Made by a program: the position numbers and the translations under genes. Below, piece by piece: positions 10,085 through 20,415 of a DNA stretch of 64,000 nucleotides; the stretch's first letter is position 1, and the number at the start of each line of letters is the position of its first letter. The notes under the pieces were generated by a model. It had not been told where the DNA came from, did no database searches, and saw only the letters and a list, made by a program, of their open reading frames with translations. This DNA is from Candidatus Dormiibacterota bacterium (lineage in GTDB: Bacteria; Chloroflexota; Dormibacteria; Aeolococcales; Aeolococcaceae), in assembly GCA_963718525.1 (NCBI GenBank), contig OY970355.1, positions 2,752,001-2,816,000 on the forward strand, read 5' to 3'.

Positions 10085-11074
10085 GTGCGCGCCGTCGTCG
10101 TTGCAGCGCCGGGCGGTCCTGAGCAACTGCACGTCGAGGAGATCCCCGACCCGGTAGCCCGCCAGGGTGAAATCGTCGTCCGGGTCGCCGGTGCGGGTGT
10201 GAACCGCGCCGATCTGCTGCAACGCAAGGGCTTCTACCCACCCCCGCCGGGCGCCAGCGAGATCCTCGGGCTCGAGGCGGCGGGCACCGTGGCAGATGTC
10301 GGTCCTGGAGTCGACTCACTCGCATCTGGAGACCGGGTCATGCTCCTCGTCGAGGGCGGCGGGTACGCCGAGCTCGTCGCGGTCCGTGCTGCCCAGGCTG
10401 TTCGCGTTCCCGCCAATCTCGACCTGATCGAGGCAGGAGGCATTCCCGAGGTGTTCGTCACGGCGCACGACGCGCTGTTCACGCGCGGACGCCTGCGAGA
10501 TGGCGAGACCGTGCTCATACACGGCGGTGGCGGCGGGGTCGGCACGGCGGCGATTCAACTCGCGCGCCAGCATGGCTGCCGTGTTCTGGTGACGGCAGGC
10601 TCCGCCGAGAAGCTGCAGCGGTGCCTTGCACTCGGGGCCGACTTCGGCATCAATTACCGGACGGAAGATTTTGTTGCCCGTACGCGCGACCTCACCGATG
10701 GACGCGGCGCTGATCTGGTGCTTGACATCATGGGAGCGTCATATCTCGGCAAGAACCTTGATGTCGCGGCGACTGATGCGCGCATCGTGGTGATCGGGAT
10801 GCAGGGCGGCAACCATGGCGAGATCGACCTCGGGCTGATGATGCGCCGCCGGATCTCGCTGATCTCCACCAGCTTGCGCGCCCGTCCTGCCGACCAGAAG
10901 GCGGTGATCGTCGCCGCGTTCGCGGCCGAGGTGCTGCCCGCACTCGCCGACGGCCGTCTCCGGCCGGTGGTGGATCGCGTGCTTCCGCTGGAAGCTGCGG
11001 GTGAAGCGCACCGGCTCATGGAAGCCGGTGAGCTCGTGGGCAAGATCGTGCTCGACGCGTCGCCCCGTGCCTGA
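10085..11074 (+). CDS. NAD(P)H-quinone oxidoreductase, PIG3 family
   Basis: GVNRADLLQRKGFYPPPPGASEILGLE; HGGGGGVG. Confidence 0.9.
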   Translation: MRAVVVAAPGGPEQLHVEEIPDPVARQGEIVVRVAGAGVNRADLLQRKGFYPPPPGASEILGLEAAGTVADVGPGVDSLASGDRVMLLVEGGGYAELVAVRAAQAVRVPANLDLIEAGGIPEVFVTAHDALFTRGRLRDGETVLIHGGGGGVGTAAIQLARQHGCRVLVTAGSAEKLQRCLALGADFGINYRTEDFVARTRDLTDGRGADLVLDIMGASYLGKNLDVAATDARIVVIGMQGGNHGEIDLGLMMRRRISLISTSLRARPADQKAVIVAAFAAEVLPALADGRLRPVVDRVLPLEAAGEAHRLMEAGELVGKIVLDASPRA

Positions 11075-11942
11075 GGCCGACCTCTGGGCGACGTGGTTGC
11101 GTACAGGCCGCGACGGCGGCAGTGCGGCAATGCGCGCGGAGAATCTCGGCCGCCTGGCGTCTGTGCGTGACCGCATCCTCGATCGTGCCGAGATCCAGCC
11201 CGGCGAGACGGTGCTTGACGTCGGCACCGGCCAGGGCCTGCTCGGTCTCGGCGCGCTCGAACGGACCGGAGCAGAGGGCCGGGTCATCTTCTCCGACATC
11301 TCGGACGCACTCCTCGACAACTCGCGTGGAGCCGTCGGCTCGATTGGGGCCGCCGAACGCGCAACCTTCGTGCGAGCGGCGGCCACCGACCTGTCACCGA
11401 TCGCCAGCGCCTCGGTCGACGTCCTCGTCGAGCGCGCAGTGCTCCTGTTTGTCGAGGATCGGGCACGTGCCTTTGCGGAGTATCACCGGGTGCTGAGCTC
11501 AGGAGGTCGCATCTCAATCGCGGAACCGATCAACAGCTGGATGAGCGCCGATCGGCCCGGGTATCTCTGGGGCTACGACGTCACTGATGTCACCGACCTC
11601 GAGCGCAAGCTGCACGATGCGGACCGCGCCGCCAATGCGACGGAATGGCAGCTCCTCTGCGGCTTCGATGATCGCGACCTGATCGCGATGGCGCGCACCG
11701 CCGGATTCGGTCGCGTCGAGGCCAACACTGAGCTGGCGATCGCTCCACCGCCGGCGCGAGACGACCTCGATGTGTTCCTCGATACCGCCCCGAATCCGCT
11801 CGCGCCCACCACGCGCGCGCTCATGGCGGCAGCCTTCACTGCGCGCGAGGCGGAGCGATTCACCGCGGCGCTGGGCGACGCGATGCGTGAGGGCCGAGGG
11901 GAGCGCCGCCACGCCATGACATATCTCCGAGCCTGGCGATGA
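11067..11942 (+). CDS. Class I SAM-dependent methyltransferase
   Basis: VLDVGTGQG motif I; the GTG overlaps the upstream gene end. Confidence 0.85.
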   Translation: MPEADLWATWLRTGRDGGSAAMRAENLGRLASVRDRILDRAEIQPGETVLDVGTGQGLLGLGALERTGAEGRVIFSDISDALLDNSRGAVGSIGAAERATFVRAAATDLSPIASASVDVLVERAVLLFVEDRARAFAEYHRVLSSGGRISIAEPINSWMSADRPGYLWGYDVTDVTDLERKLHDADRAANATEWQLLCGFDDRDLIAMARTAGFGRVEANTELAIAPPPARDDLDVFLDTAPNPLAPTTRALMAAAFTAREAERFTAALGDAMREGRGERRHAMTYLRAWR

Positions 11943-13483
11943 GCCCCGCCCCCCACGACATCAGGTGGGACGTGGTTGTCGTCGGCGCGGGCCACAACGG
12001 ACTGACCGCCGCCGCCTACCTCGCGCGGGCCGATCGCACCGTGCTCGTGCTGGAGGCTCGTGACCGTATCGGCGGCGCGTGTACTCTCGATCATCCATTC
12101 GAGGACGCGGGATTCATCGTGAGCCCCTGCGCGTATCTCGTCGGTCTCCTCCATCACCGCGTCATCGACGAGCTCGACCTGCGCCGTCATGGCTATCGCG
12201 TGCACCTCGTCGACCCGCATCTGTGGTGCCCGTTCGACGACGGGACGGCACTGACGCTCTGGGATGACTCGGCGCGCAACCACCAGGTTGTCGCTGCGAT
12301 GAGTCCGGGAGACGCCGACGGTTACACCCGGTACGAACAGCTCTTCGGACGCATTCGACGCGCGCTCCGCACCGAGCCGCACGACACCTGGATCGGCGAC
12401 GCGCCGGATCGACCGGCACTCGAGGAACTGCTCCACCACGATCCGGAGCTTGTCGAGGTCATGTTCGAGGAATCGATCGCATCCGTCATCGAACGCCACG
12501 TCCAGGATGAGCGCCTGCGCACCGCCCTGCACGGCCAGGGATTGATCGGGACCTGGGCCGGGCCGCGCGATCCCGGGACCGCTGCGATTCACGCGATGCA
12601 CTCCATGGGCACCATCGAGGGACGGGAGGGCGCCTGGGGTTACGTGCAGGGCGGGATGGGTAACGTCTCGTTCGCTCTGGCCCGCGCAGCGGAGGAGGCC
12701 GGCGCCGTCATCCTGCGCGATGCGCGGGTTGCCGAGATCGTCCCGGGCGAAGCGGTGGTGCTCGAGGACGGGTCACGGATCCATGCCCGGACGATCGTCT
12801 CCAACGCGGACCCGCGAACCACGCTCCGCCTGCTCGCCGACGCTCCCCATGCCTTCGCCAAGAAGGTGCGCGACTGGCACATGGAAGGGCCGGTCCTCAA
12901 GATCAACTGCGCGCTGTCGCGGCTGCCCACGTTCACCGCCGCAGGACCCGACGACGCTCCGCATCGAGCGATGGTCACGATCGCGCGAAGCCTCGATGAG
13001 ACCCAGGCCGCATACGAGCGAAGCCGCGCCGGCGTGCCCGCACCTCGTTGGGCCGAGTTGTACTTCCACTCCGCGTACGATCCGTCCGTGGCGCCCGAGG
13101 GGAAGCACATCATGAGCGTGTTCGCCGAATACGCGCCGTACACGCTTGCCGACGGGTCGTGGGATGAACGACGCGAGGGGGTGGCCGACGAGGCATTTGC
13201 GGAGATCGCGCGCTTCGCGCCGGACATCGTTGACTGCGTCATCGCGCGCGAGGTGCTCGCGCCCCCTGACATCGAGCTGGCGGTGGGGCTTTCCGGCGGC
13301 CACATCTTCCAGGGCGAGTGCCTCCCCGATCAGATGTGGGATCGCCGCTTCTCCCCGCGCACGGGGATTGCGGGCCTGTACATGTGCGGGGCGAGCACCC
13401 ACCCCGGAGGCAGCGTCATCGCGATCAACGGGCGCAACTGCGCCATGGCAGTCCTCGCCGACACCTCCGGCAACCGAAGCTAA
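11939..13483 (+). CDS. Phytoene desaturase-like FAD oxidoreductase
   Basis: GAGHNGL, GGMG, GHIFQG and CGASTHPGG motifs. Confidence 0.85.
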   Translation: MSPAPHDIRWDVVVVGAGHNGLTAAAYLARADRTVLVLEARDRIGGACTLDHPFEDAGFIVSPCAYLVGLLHHRVIDELDLRRHGYRVHLVDPHLWCPFDDGTALTLWDDSARNHQVVAAMSPGDADGYTRYEQLFGRIRRALRTEPHDTWIGDAPDRPALEELLHHDPELVEVMFEESIASVIERHVQDERLRTALHGQGLIGTWAGPRDPGTAAIHAMHSMGTIEGREGAWGYVQGGMGNVSFALARAAEEAGAVILRDARVAEIVPGEAVVLEDGSRIHARTIVSNADPRTTLRLLADAPHAFAKKVRDWHMEGPVLKINCALSRLPTFTAAGPDDAPHRAMVTIARSLDETQAAYERSRAGVPAPRWAELYFHSAYDPSVAPEGKHIMSVFAEYAPYTLADGSWDERREGVADEAFAEIARFAPDIVDCVIAREVLAPPDIELAVGLSGGHIFQGECLPDQMWDRRFSPRTGIAGLYMCGASTHPGGSVIAINGRNCAMAVLADTSGNRS

Positions 13484-14964
13484 CGACCCAGCCTCAGCGC
13501 GTTGCGGATCACGCTTATCTCCTCGCGATCGGCGACGCGGAGTGCGAGCAGCACCCCGCCATAGATGAGCCCAGACGCCACCACGATCACGAAGAGCAGG
13601 ACGCGGCTCTGATGGGGGTTGGCGACGTAGATGAACGCGCCCATCACCACCCCAGCGACCACTGCCTTCCAGGAGGTGCTCAGCAGGTCGATGGTCCCTA
13701 GCTGCGCCCGCAACACGAACCACCCGACCACCACGAGCGCTGCCTCGGTGACCACCACCGCCCAGCTGGCACCGAGGTACCCGAAGCGTGGGATCACGAC
13801 GAGGTTGACAGCAACGTTGATCACCAGCCCCACCATGGCAACGAAGGCGAACACGTTCTGTTTGTCGATGGCGTTCAGGGTGGCAGCGAACGTATTGTCG
13901 GCGAACATGAATACGATCGCGAGCGAGAGGATCTGCAACGCGGGCTCAGACCCCGCGTAGAGGTGGAGCAGGCTGTTGAACTGCGGGGCGAGCAGGAAGA
14001 CTCCGACGGTGATCGGCCACCCGAGGATCACGAGCGCCTTGAAGAACTTCTCAGCGAGCGGGAGCACCCGCTCGGGTGATCGCCGGTGGTACACCGCGAG
14101 CACCGGAAAGACCACGCTGCGCAGGGCGAATGGAATGAACAGGAGCGATTCAAACGGCTTGTACGCGAACGTGTAGTACCCCACCTCGCTGTACGGCCGG
14201 AAACGCTGCAGGATCGGGACATCGACCTTGAAGTACACGGTTGTAATGATGAATGTGATGCCGAGCGGCACCGCGACCCGTACCCACGAGAGGAGCAGTC
14301 CGGGCTCGAGTTGGAGCCCTGGTCGGAGCACTCCCATCACCATGAGGACGACTCCGAAGTACACACACGCGAACGCGTAGCTGATCGCATACGCCCAGAG
14401 AAAGAACCCTGTGTCGGCATTGATGTGGACACCGATGACCACGAGGGCGAAGACGATCAGCGTCTCGGGGACGATCTCAATGATCTCGAATGTGAGGCGC
14501 TGCAAGGCGTAGAGGCTGTTGCGGAGCAGCAATTGATAGCCCGACAGCACAAGGATCGCAAACGACGGCCACAGCAACGAGCGGACGCCCGCGACATACA
14601 GAGCCGCAAAGAGCAAAGGAAGTCCAATTGCGGCTCCAACCAGCTTGAGCGAAGCCACGTTGTTCCAGTACCGAGCCAGCTGATCCGGGTTGCGCGCGCC
14701 TTCGCGCACGTATAGGGCAGAGAACCCGAGGTCGGTCACGGTGCCTGCCAACCCGACGTAGGTGACCGCGGTCTGCATCTCGCCGAACCGGGTCGGGTCG
14801 AGGTAGTTGCCGATGATGATCACGGCAATGAGCGCGATGATCCGCGAGATCACACGCACCACGAGGATGAGGATCGTGTTGCGCAGCGCCCTCATCCCGA
14901 GACCGCCCGGCATGTCCGGCGTCGCCGCGCCGGGCGCCGGGGCTTCGTCCTGCAAGGCGCTCAT
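13480..14964 (-). CDS. Wzx-type polysaccharide flippase (MOP family)
   Basis: Many hydrophobic helices; TDLG, VGYY and IPRFGYLGA motifs. Confidence 0.85.
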   Translation of the reverse strand: MSALQDEAPAPGAATPDMPGGLGMRALRNTILILVVRVISRIIALIAVIIIGNYLDPTRFGEMQTAVTYVGLAGTVTDLGFSALYVREGARNPDQLARYWNNVASLKLVGAAIGLPLLFAALYVAGVRSLLWPSFAILVLSGYQLLLRNSLYALQRLTFEIIEIVPETLIVFALVVIGVHINADTGFFLWAYAISYAFACVYFGVVLMVMGVLRPGLQLEPGLLLSWVRVAVPLGITFIITTVYFKVDVPILQRFRPYSEVGYYTFAYKPFESLLFIPFALRSVVFPVLAVYHRRSPERVLPLAEKFFKALVILGWPITVGVFLLAPQFNSLLHLYAGSEPALQILSLAIVFMFADNTFAATLNAIDKQNVFAFVAMVGLVINVAVNLVVIPRFGYLGASWAVVVTEAALVVVGWFVLRAQLGTIDLLSTSWKAVVAGVVMGAFIYVANPHQSRVLLFVIVVASGLIYGGVLLALRVADREEISVIRNALRLGR

Positions 14965-15022
14965 TCTATCCGCGCCTCAGCGCAGTGCCCGCCGCTGATC
15001 GCGGCCGATACACTGCGACCCC

Positions 15023-16744
15023 ATGCCTGACGTCGCGGCCGAGCGACCTCGCGGCGACGCCGAGCCACGTAACGACGGCGGCGCGCTGATGGCGCGAACC
15101 CTCCGTGAACGGGGCGTGACCACCGTTTTCGCCCTTCCCGGCGGACACATCCTGCCCTTTCTCGACGCCTGCATCGACGCGGACATCAGGGTTATCGATA
15201 CCCGCCATGAGGGCGCCGCGGTCCTCGCCGCCGAGGGGTGGGCGCTGGCGACCGGGGACACCGGGGTCGCCGCGGTTACCGCCGGACCGGGGTTCGCGAA
15301 CGGCCTGATCGGGCTTGTTGATGCGGCGGTCTGGAGCGTTCCTCTGGTGATGCTCGGCGGTCGCACCAGCCGCAACCGGCAGGGCCGCGGTGCGGTCGCC
15401 GACGTGGACCAGCGCTCCATCGCTGCACCGATCGCAAAGTGGGCGGCGAGCTGCACCGACACCGGACGGATACCCCGGTACGTCGCCGAGGCGCTGCATC
15501 GAGCGCGAAGTGGCTGCCCCGGCGGCGTGTATCTCGAGGTGGATTCTCATGCCCTGTACGGAAAGGCGGCTCCCCTCGAGGTCACTGCGACCGGCTTTCC
15601 CGAGGCTCCTCTCCGCCAGGCGGGCGCTCCCGCAGACGTCGGAGCTGCGGTTGCCGCACTCGCGGCGGCGGAGCGGCCGATCATCATCGCCGGAAGTGGC
15701 TCGTTCTGGTCGAATGCCGGCGCCGAGATCGGCGGGTTCGCGGAGCGCGCTCGGATTCCGGTGATCACCGCGAGTGCAGCGCGTGGGGTGGTGCCGGATT
15801 CGCATGCCTGGAGCCTCGGTTCGCTGGTCCATGGAGGCCTTGCCATACCGACCGCCGATTGCGTGCTCGTGCTCGGCTCCGCATTCAACGCCAATGTCAT
15901 GTACGGCGGCGCTCCGCTTTTCGGTACGGAGCAGACGATCTTGCAGGTCGATATCGCACCTGAACGCATCGGCGGCAACCGAGCCGCGGACGTCATCGTG
16001 GTCGGCGACATCGCATCGGTGATGCGAGATCTCCGCGAAGCATGGACCGCCGCGCCGCCGGGCAGAGAAGAGTGGCTGGCCCGGGCGCGCTCGCTCGCCT
16101 CGGCGTCGCTCGACTTCTGGAACCGCCAGGTGGACGAGCACTCGGGTGATCTCCTGCACGCGGGAGCGGTCGCCCGCGAGCTCGCATCGTTCGTCCAGGG
16201 GCGATTCGGCGGCAATGCCACGCTCGTTGCCGACGGCGGGGATGCACTCGCCTGGGCGCTCGCGTATTTCGGAGCAGAGTTCCCCGGCAGGCTCCTGACC
16301 ACGACGACTGCGCTCGGGACGCTCGGAGTCGGCATGCCCTTTGCGCTGGCCGCGCAGGCGGCACGACCCGGCGAGCCCGTCTTCCTGTTCACCGGTGACG
16401 GCTCGTTTGGTCTCACCGCCATGGAGGTCAACACCGCAGTGCGCCACAAGCTCCCGGTTGTCGCGATCGTGTCGAACAATGCCGGCTGGGGCGACGTCCG
16501 ATACGAGCAGGACGAGCTCTTCGGCGCTGGACGGCACATCGCCAGCAACCTCCCGGCAGCACGCTACGACCTTCTTGCGGCGGCCCTCGGCGGCCATGGG
16601 GAGCACGTGGAGCGTCTTGCCGACCTCCGCCCCGCACTCGAGCGATGCATCGAAAGCGGGGTGTGCAGCGTCATCGACGTGCCGACCGACCCGACCGTCG
16701 TCTCCGAACTGCTCCGCATGGTTGCTCAGCTCGGGCTGATGTAG
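15023..16744 (+). CDS. Thiamine diphosphate-dependent enzyme (acetolactate synthase/2-hydroxyacyl-CoA lyase-like)
   Basis: RHE, TAGPG and the GDGSFG...NNAGWG ThDP motif. Confidence 0.9.
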   Translation: MPDVAAERPRGDAEPRNDGGALMARTLRERGVTTVFALPGGHILPFLDACIDADIRVIDTRHEGAAVLAAEGWALATGDTGVAAVTAGPGFANGLIGLVDAAVWSVPLVMLGGRTSRNRQGRGAVADVDQRSIAAPIAKWAASCTDTGRIPRYVAEALHRARSGCPGGVYLEVDSHALYGKAAPLEVTATGFPEAPLRQAGAPADVGAAVAALAAAERPIIIAGSGSFWSNAGAEIGGFAERARIPVITASAARGVVPDSHAWSLGSLVHGGLAIPTADCVLVLGSAFNANVMYGGAPLFGTEQTILQVDIAPERIGGNRAADVIVVGDIASVMRDLREAWTAAPPGREEWLARARSLASASLDFWNRQVDEHSGDLLHAGAVARELASFVQGRFGGNATLVADGGDALAWALAYFGAEFPGRLLTTTTALGTLGVGMPFALAAQAARPGEPVFLFTGDGSFGLTAMEVNTAVRHKLPVVAIVSNNAGWGDVRYEQDELFGAGRHIASNLPAARYDLLAAALGGHGEHVERLADLRPALERCIESGVCSVIDVPTDPTVVSELLRMVAQLGLM

Positions 16745-16746
16745 CC

Positions 16747-17742
16747 ATGCGCGCAGTCCGGCTTGTCGAAGCGCACCGCCTCGAGCTCGTCGAGATTCCG
16801 ATCCCCGTAGCGACGCCCGGGGAGGTGGTGATCCGTGTCGACGGCTGCGGAATCTGCGGGTCGGACCTGACGTCGTACAAGGTGGGCTTGTTCACGGACG
16901 CCGTCCCCGGGCACGAGCTTGCAGGCGTCGTCGACGCCGTGGGCGACGGCGTGACCGGTTGGGCGGCCGGCGACACTGCCGTGGTCGATCCCAAGATCCC
17001 GTGCGGGGCCTGCGACGACTGCCGCAATGGAGCTTCGTACCGCTGTGCCATGGCGCTCACCGCCGGCATCGGGTTCGCGCGGGATGGCGGATTCGCCGAG
17101 TCGGTCGCGGTGCCCGCGTCGCTGCTGCACCGCATCCCGCCGGCTCTGGCGCTGGAACACGCGTGTCTGGTGGAGCCGCTGTCGGTCGCCATCCACGGCG
17201 TGGACCGAGCCCGCGTCGGTGCCGGCGAGCCGGTCGTGGTCATCGGCCTCGGTTCGATCGGGCTGCTCACGGTGGCTACTCTCCACGCGCGCGGTATCGG
17301 CCCGATCGTGGGGGTCGATCCGGTCTCGGATCGGCGCCTCCTCGCGCTCGATCTCGGCGCTACGATCGCGGTCTCCGAGATTCGCGAGGTGCGAAGCCAT
17401 GTCGCGCCGGTGCCGGCCGCCATCGAATGCTCGGGGTATGCGCCCCTCCTCCACTCGGCAGCGGACCTCGTCGCCCCCGGTGGCCGCCTCGTTCTCGTCG
17501 GCGTGCCGTTCGGAGAGGCGACGGTGATCCCGCTGATGTGGGTGACTCGTGAGATCGAGATCATCGGGAGCATCGCCTCGAGCACATCTGACTTCACCAC
17601 ATCCATCGATATGCTCGCCGGGGACCCCTCGATCGCGAGGCTCGCAACTCGCCGCGTCGCGCTGGCTCAGGTCCCCCAGGTGTTCGAGGAGCTGATCACG
17701 CCGTCTTCGGGCGGGAAGGTGATCGTCGACCCGCGGCTCTGA
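16747..17742 (+). CDS. Zinc-dependent alcohol dehydrogenase (MDR)
   Basis: CGSD, GHE, CGACDDC...C and GLGSIG. Confidence 0.9.
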   Translation: MRAVRLVEAHRLELVEIPIPVATPGEVVIRVDGCGICGSDLTSYKVGLFTDAVPGHELAGVVDAVGDGVTGWAAGDTAVVDPKIPCGACDDCRNGASYRCAMALTAGIGFARDGGFAESVAVPASLLHRIPPALALEHACLVEPLSVAIHGVDRARVGAGEPVVVIGLGSIGLLTVATLHARGIGPIVGVDPVSDRRLLALDLGATIAVSEIREVRSHVAPVPAAIECSGYAPLLHSAADLVAPGGRLVLVGVPFGEATVIPLMWVTREIEIIGSIASSTSDFTTSIDMLAGDPSIARLATRRVALAQVPQVFEELITPSSGGKVIVDPRL

Positions 17743-18376
17743 CTGCAGGCTTCGCCGCGACGGCGACCGGCGCCGGAGCGACTGCGCGCCAGCAGTACCA
17801 CGCGGCTGTGCTCCGATACGGCCGGAAAGCGTCACCCAGCAGCTCGAGCGCCTTCGGGGTTGGCGGGGCGGTCATCTCGTGAATCCGCGCCCACCCGTTG
17901 CGCACACCGAGGTCATCGACCGGCCAGACGTCGGGACGGCGGAGCTGGAAGAGCAGGAACATCTCGGCCGTCCAGCGTCCGACACCGCGCACGGTGACGA
18001 GCCGCGCTACGATCTCGGCGTCGCTGAGCTTGGCGAGGTCATGCGTCGGCACCGTCCCGTCGACGAACTTCGCGGCAAGATCGATGATCGCGGCGAGCTT
18101 GTTGGCCGAGAGTCCGGCCGCTCGCATGGTTTCGGGGTTGGTGGCGAGAACGGCCTCCGGCGAGACCGGCGCCCCACCCAGCGCGGCGATCAGCCTTCCG
18201 TGAATCGCCCGCGCCGCAGCGCCGGCCAGCTGCTGCGCCACGATTGCGCTGAGCAGGGATTCGAACGCCGAGCCCGAGCCTGGACGCAGGTCCAACGCGA
18301 TGTTGCTCTCCACCACACGGCGGAACGCGGGGTCGGCCTTGACGATGTGCGCGGCCGCAGCGCTCAGCTTCGTCAC
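17696..18376 (-). CDS. DNA-3-methyladenine glycosylase (AlkA family)
   Basis: IVAQQL, HhH motif VRGVGRWTA, PVDDLG. Confidence 0.9.
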   Translation of the reverse strand: MTKLSAAAAHIVKADPAFRRVVESNIALDLRPGSGSAFESLLSAIVAQQLAGAAARAIHGRLIAALGGAPVSPEAVLATNPETMRAAGLSANKLAAIIDLAAKFVDGTVPTHDLAKLSDAEIVARLVTVRGVGRWTAEMFLLFQLRRPDVWPVDDLGVRNGWARIHEMTAPPTPKALELLGDAFRPYRSTAAWYCWRAVAPAPVAVAAKPAVRAAGRRSPSRPKTA

Positions 18377-18891
18377 GCGAGCCTCACCTCCGCGAGGTTG
18401 GCAAGCCCCTCAACCACCCGCGCAGCGGGGAGTCGCAGCAAGCCCTCCGGCGCGAGCCTGATCTTCATGGACCGGCTACCCCCGCCGATCACCACGGTGT
18501 CCGGGACCATGACCCGAGAATCGATGTAGAGGGGCATATCGTCCGGCAGGCCGAAGGGTGTGACCCCGCCGATCATCATGCCGGTGATCTCGCGGGTCTG
18601 GTCCGCCGTGGCGAAGGACGCCTTGCGCACCCCGAGCAGATCGCAGACGGCGTGGTTCACGTCGAGCCGGCAGGTCGCGAGCACGACACACGCACAGGCG
18701 ATCCCCGGCTCCTTGCGAGCTGCGACCACGATCGTGTTGGCGGACTCCTCCGGGGAAACGCCGTATCTGGCGCAGAACGCCGCCGTGTCGGCGAATTCCG
18801 GGTCGCACGCGATCGTCTCGTGCTCGACACCGAGCGCCGCAAGCCTGTCGCGAACCAGCGTCTCGATGGCGGACGGATCGTCAATCAGCAT
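18373..18891 (-). CDS. YbaK/EbsC family aminoacyl-tRNA editing protein
   Basis: TGMMIGGVTPFG and GGGSRS motifs. Confidence 0.85.
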   Translation of the reverse strand: MLIDDPSAIETLVRDRLAALGVEHETIACDPEFADTAAFCARYGVSPEESANTIVVAARKEPGIACACVVLATCRLDVNHAVCDLLGVRKASFATADQTREITGMMIGGVTPFGLPDDMPLYIDSRVMVPDTVVIGGGSRSMKIRLAPEGLLRLPAARVVEGLANLAEVRLA

Positions 18892-18929
18892 CGCGTCCGT
18901 GCGGCCGACCCGTAAAGTCGTCCCTCAGC

Positions 18930-20072
18930 ATGCGCATCATCGCTCCCACAGAGACCGCGCCCGGCGAGACCCGTGTCGCACTGGTTCCGCGCTCGGTGAC
19001 GCAGCTCGTGTCCACGGGTGCAACGGTAGCCATTCAGGCGGGTGCCGGGACGGCGGCGGGGATCGCCGACGACGCGTACCGCGAGGTGGGCGCCGAGGTT
19101 GTCGCCGATCGGGCGGCGCTCCTGGAAGGCGCGGACATCGCAGTGGTCGTCCGCCGTCCCGACGTGGAGACGGCCGGCCATCTCAAACGGGGTTCGATCC
19201 TGGTCGGGGTGTTGGAGCCGGCAGGTGACAGCGCCTTGGTTCGCGTCCTGGTTGACGGGGGCGTCACCGCCTTCCGCCTCGAGGCGATGCCGCGGATCAG
19301 CCGCGCACAGGACATGGACGTGCTCTCGTCGATGGCCACGCTTGCCGGGTACCACGCCGCCGTCATGGCCGCATACCGCCTGCCACGCATCTTCCCGTTG
19401 ATGATGACCGCCGCCGGAACCATCACCCCGGCCCGCGCGCTGATCCTCGGCGCGGGCGTTGCGGGGCTGCAGGCCATCGCGACCTGCCGCCGGCTCGGGG
19501 CGGTGGTCGAGGCATTCGACGTCCGGCCGGCGGTGCGGGACCAGGTCGAGTCGCTGGGTGCGCGCTTCGTCGAGACCGGAGTCGAATCCGACACGCAGCA
19601 GGACACCGGTGGTTATGCCCGCGAGCTCGAGGCCGATGCGCAGGCACGCCAGGCTCAGGTGCTCGCCGAGCACGTCAAAGAGGCGGACGTGGTCATCAGC
19701 ACGGCGCAGATCCCCAATCGCAAGGCCCCGGTCCTGGTCACGGCCGCCATGGTCGCAACCATGCGGACCGGTTCGGTCATCGTCGACCTCGCCGCCCCGG
19801 GCGGCGGCAACTGCGAGCTCACGCGCCCCGACGAAGAGGTCGAGAGCGGTGGTGTGCTCATTCTCGGGCCAACCAACCTCCCCGCCGCGATCCCGGGTCA
19901 GGCGAGCCAGCTGTACTCGCACAACGCAACGCGATTTCTGAGTCAGCTGATCAAAGACGGGCAGGTGCATCTCGATTTCGACGACGTGGTGATCAGCCAG
20001 ACATGCATCACTCATGACGGCAAGCCGATCGGTGAACAGATCGAGGCGCTGCTCCAGGGAACCACGGCGTGA
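18930..20072 (+). CDS. pntA: NAD(P) transhydrogenase subunit alpha, part 1
   Basis: ETRVAL, RISRAQDMDVLSS, MMTAAGT, GAGVAG, GGYA. Confidence 0.95.
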   Translation: MRIIAPTETAPGETRVALVPRSVTQLVSTGATVAIQAGAGTAAGIADDAYREVGAEVVADRAALLEGADIAVVVRRPDVETAGHLKRGSILVGVLEPAGDSALVRVLVDGGVTAFRLEAMPRISRAQDMDVLSSMATLAGYHAAVMAAYRLPRIFPLMMTAAGTITPARALILGAGVAGLQAIATCRRLGAVVEAFDVRPAVRDQVESLGARFVETGVESDTQQDTGGYARELEADAQARQAQVLAEHVKEADVVISTAQIPNRKAPVLVTAAMVATMRTGSVIVDLAAPGGGNCELTRPDEEVESGGVLILGPTNLPAAIPGQASQLYSHNATRFLSQLIKDGQVHLDFDDVVISQTCITHDGKPIGEQIEALLQGTTA

Positions 20073-20410
20073 GCCCCGGCCAGACGCTTGCCCTCGGCGC
20101 GTTCATCTTCGCGCTCGCGGTGTTCGTCGGGTTCCTGCTCATCTCGAAGGTTCCGACAATGCTCCATACGCCGCTCATGTCCGGGACCAACTTCATTCAC
20201 GGGATCGTGCTGGTCGGGGCGCTCACCGTCGCCGCGACAGTGAACGACACGCTCGGCTACATCATCAGCATCGCCGCGGTGCTGCTCGGCACGCTCAACG
20301 TCGTCGGCGGATGGGTGGTCACCGACCGCATGCTCCAGATGTTCCGGCGACGTCCTGCATCGGGTGAGCAGCACAAGGCCGAAGCTCCCCCGGCGGAACC
20401 GGGACACTGA
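20069..20410 (+). CDS. pntA: NAD(P) transhydrogenase subunit alpha, part 2
   Basis: LHTPLMSGTNFIHG; VTDRMLQMF. Confidence 0.95.
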   Translation: MSPGQTLALGAFIFALAVFVGFLLISKVPTMLHTPLMSGTNFIHGIVLVGALTVAATVNDTLGYIISIAAVLLGTLNVVGGWVVTDRMLQMFRRRPASGEQHKAEAPPAEPGH

Positions 20411-20415
20411 CCGAG

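Noticed and set aside
20211-20221. 11-nt match to the tRNA-Pro 3' end as an att site
   Set aside because: Lies inside pntA coding sequence and is short enough to be chance in GC-rich DNA.
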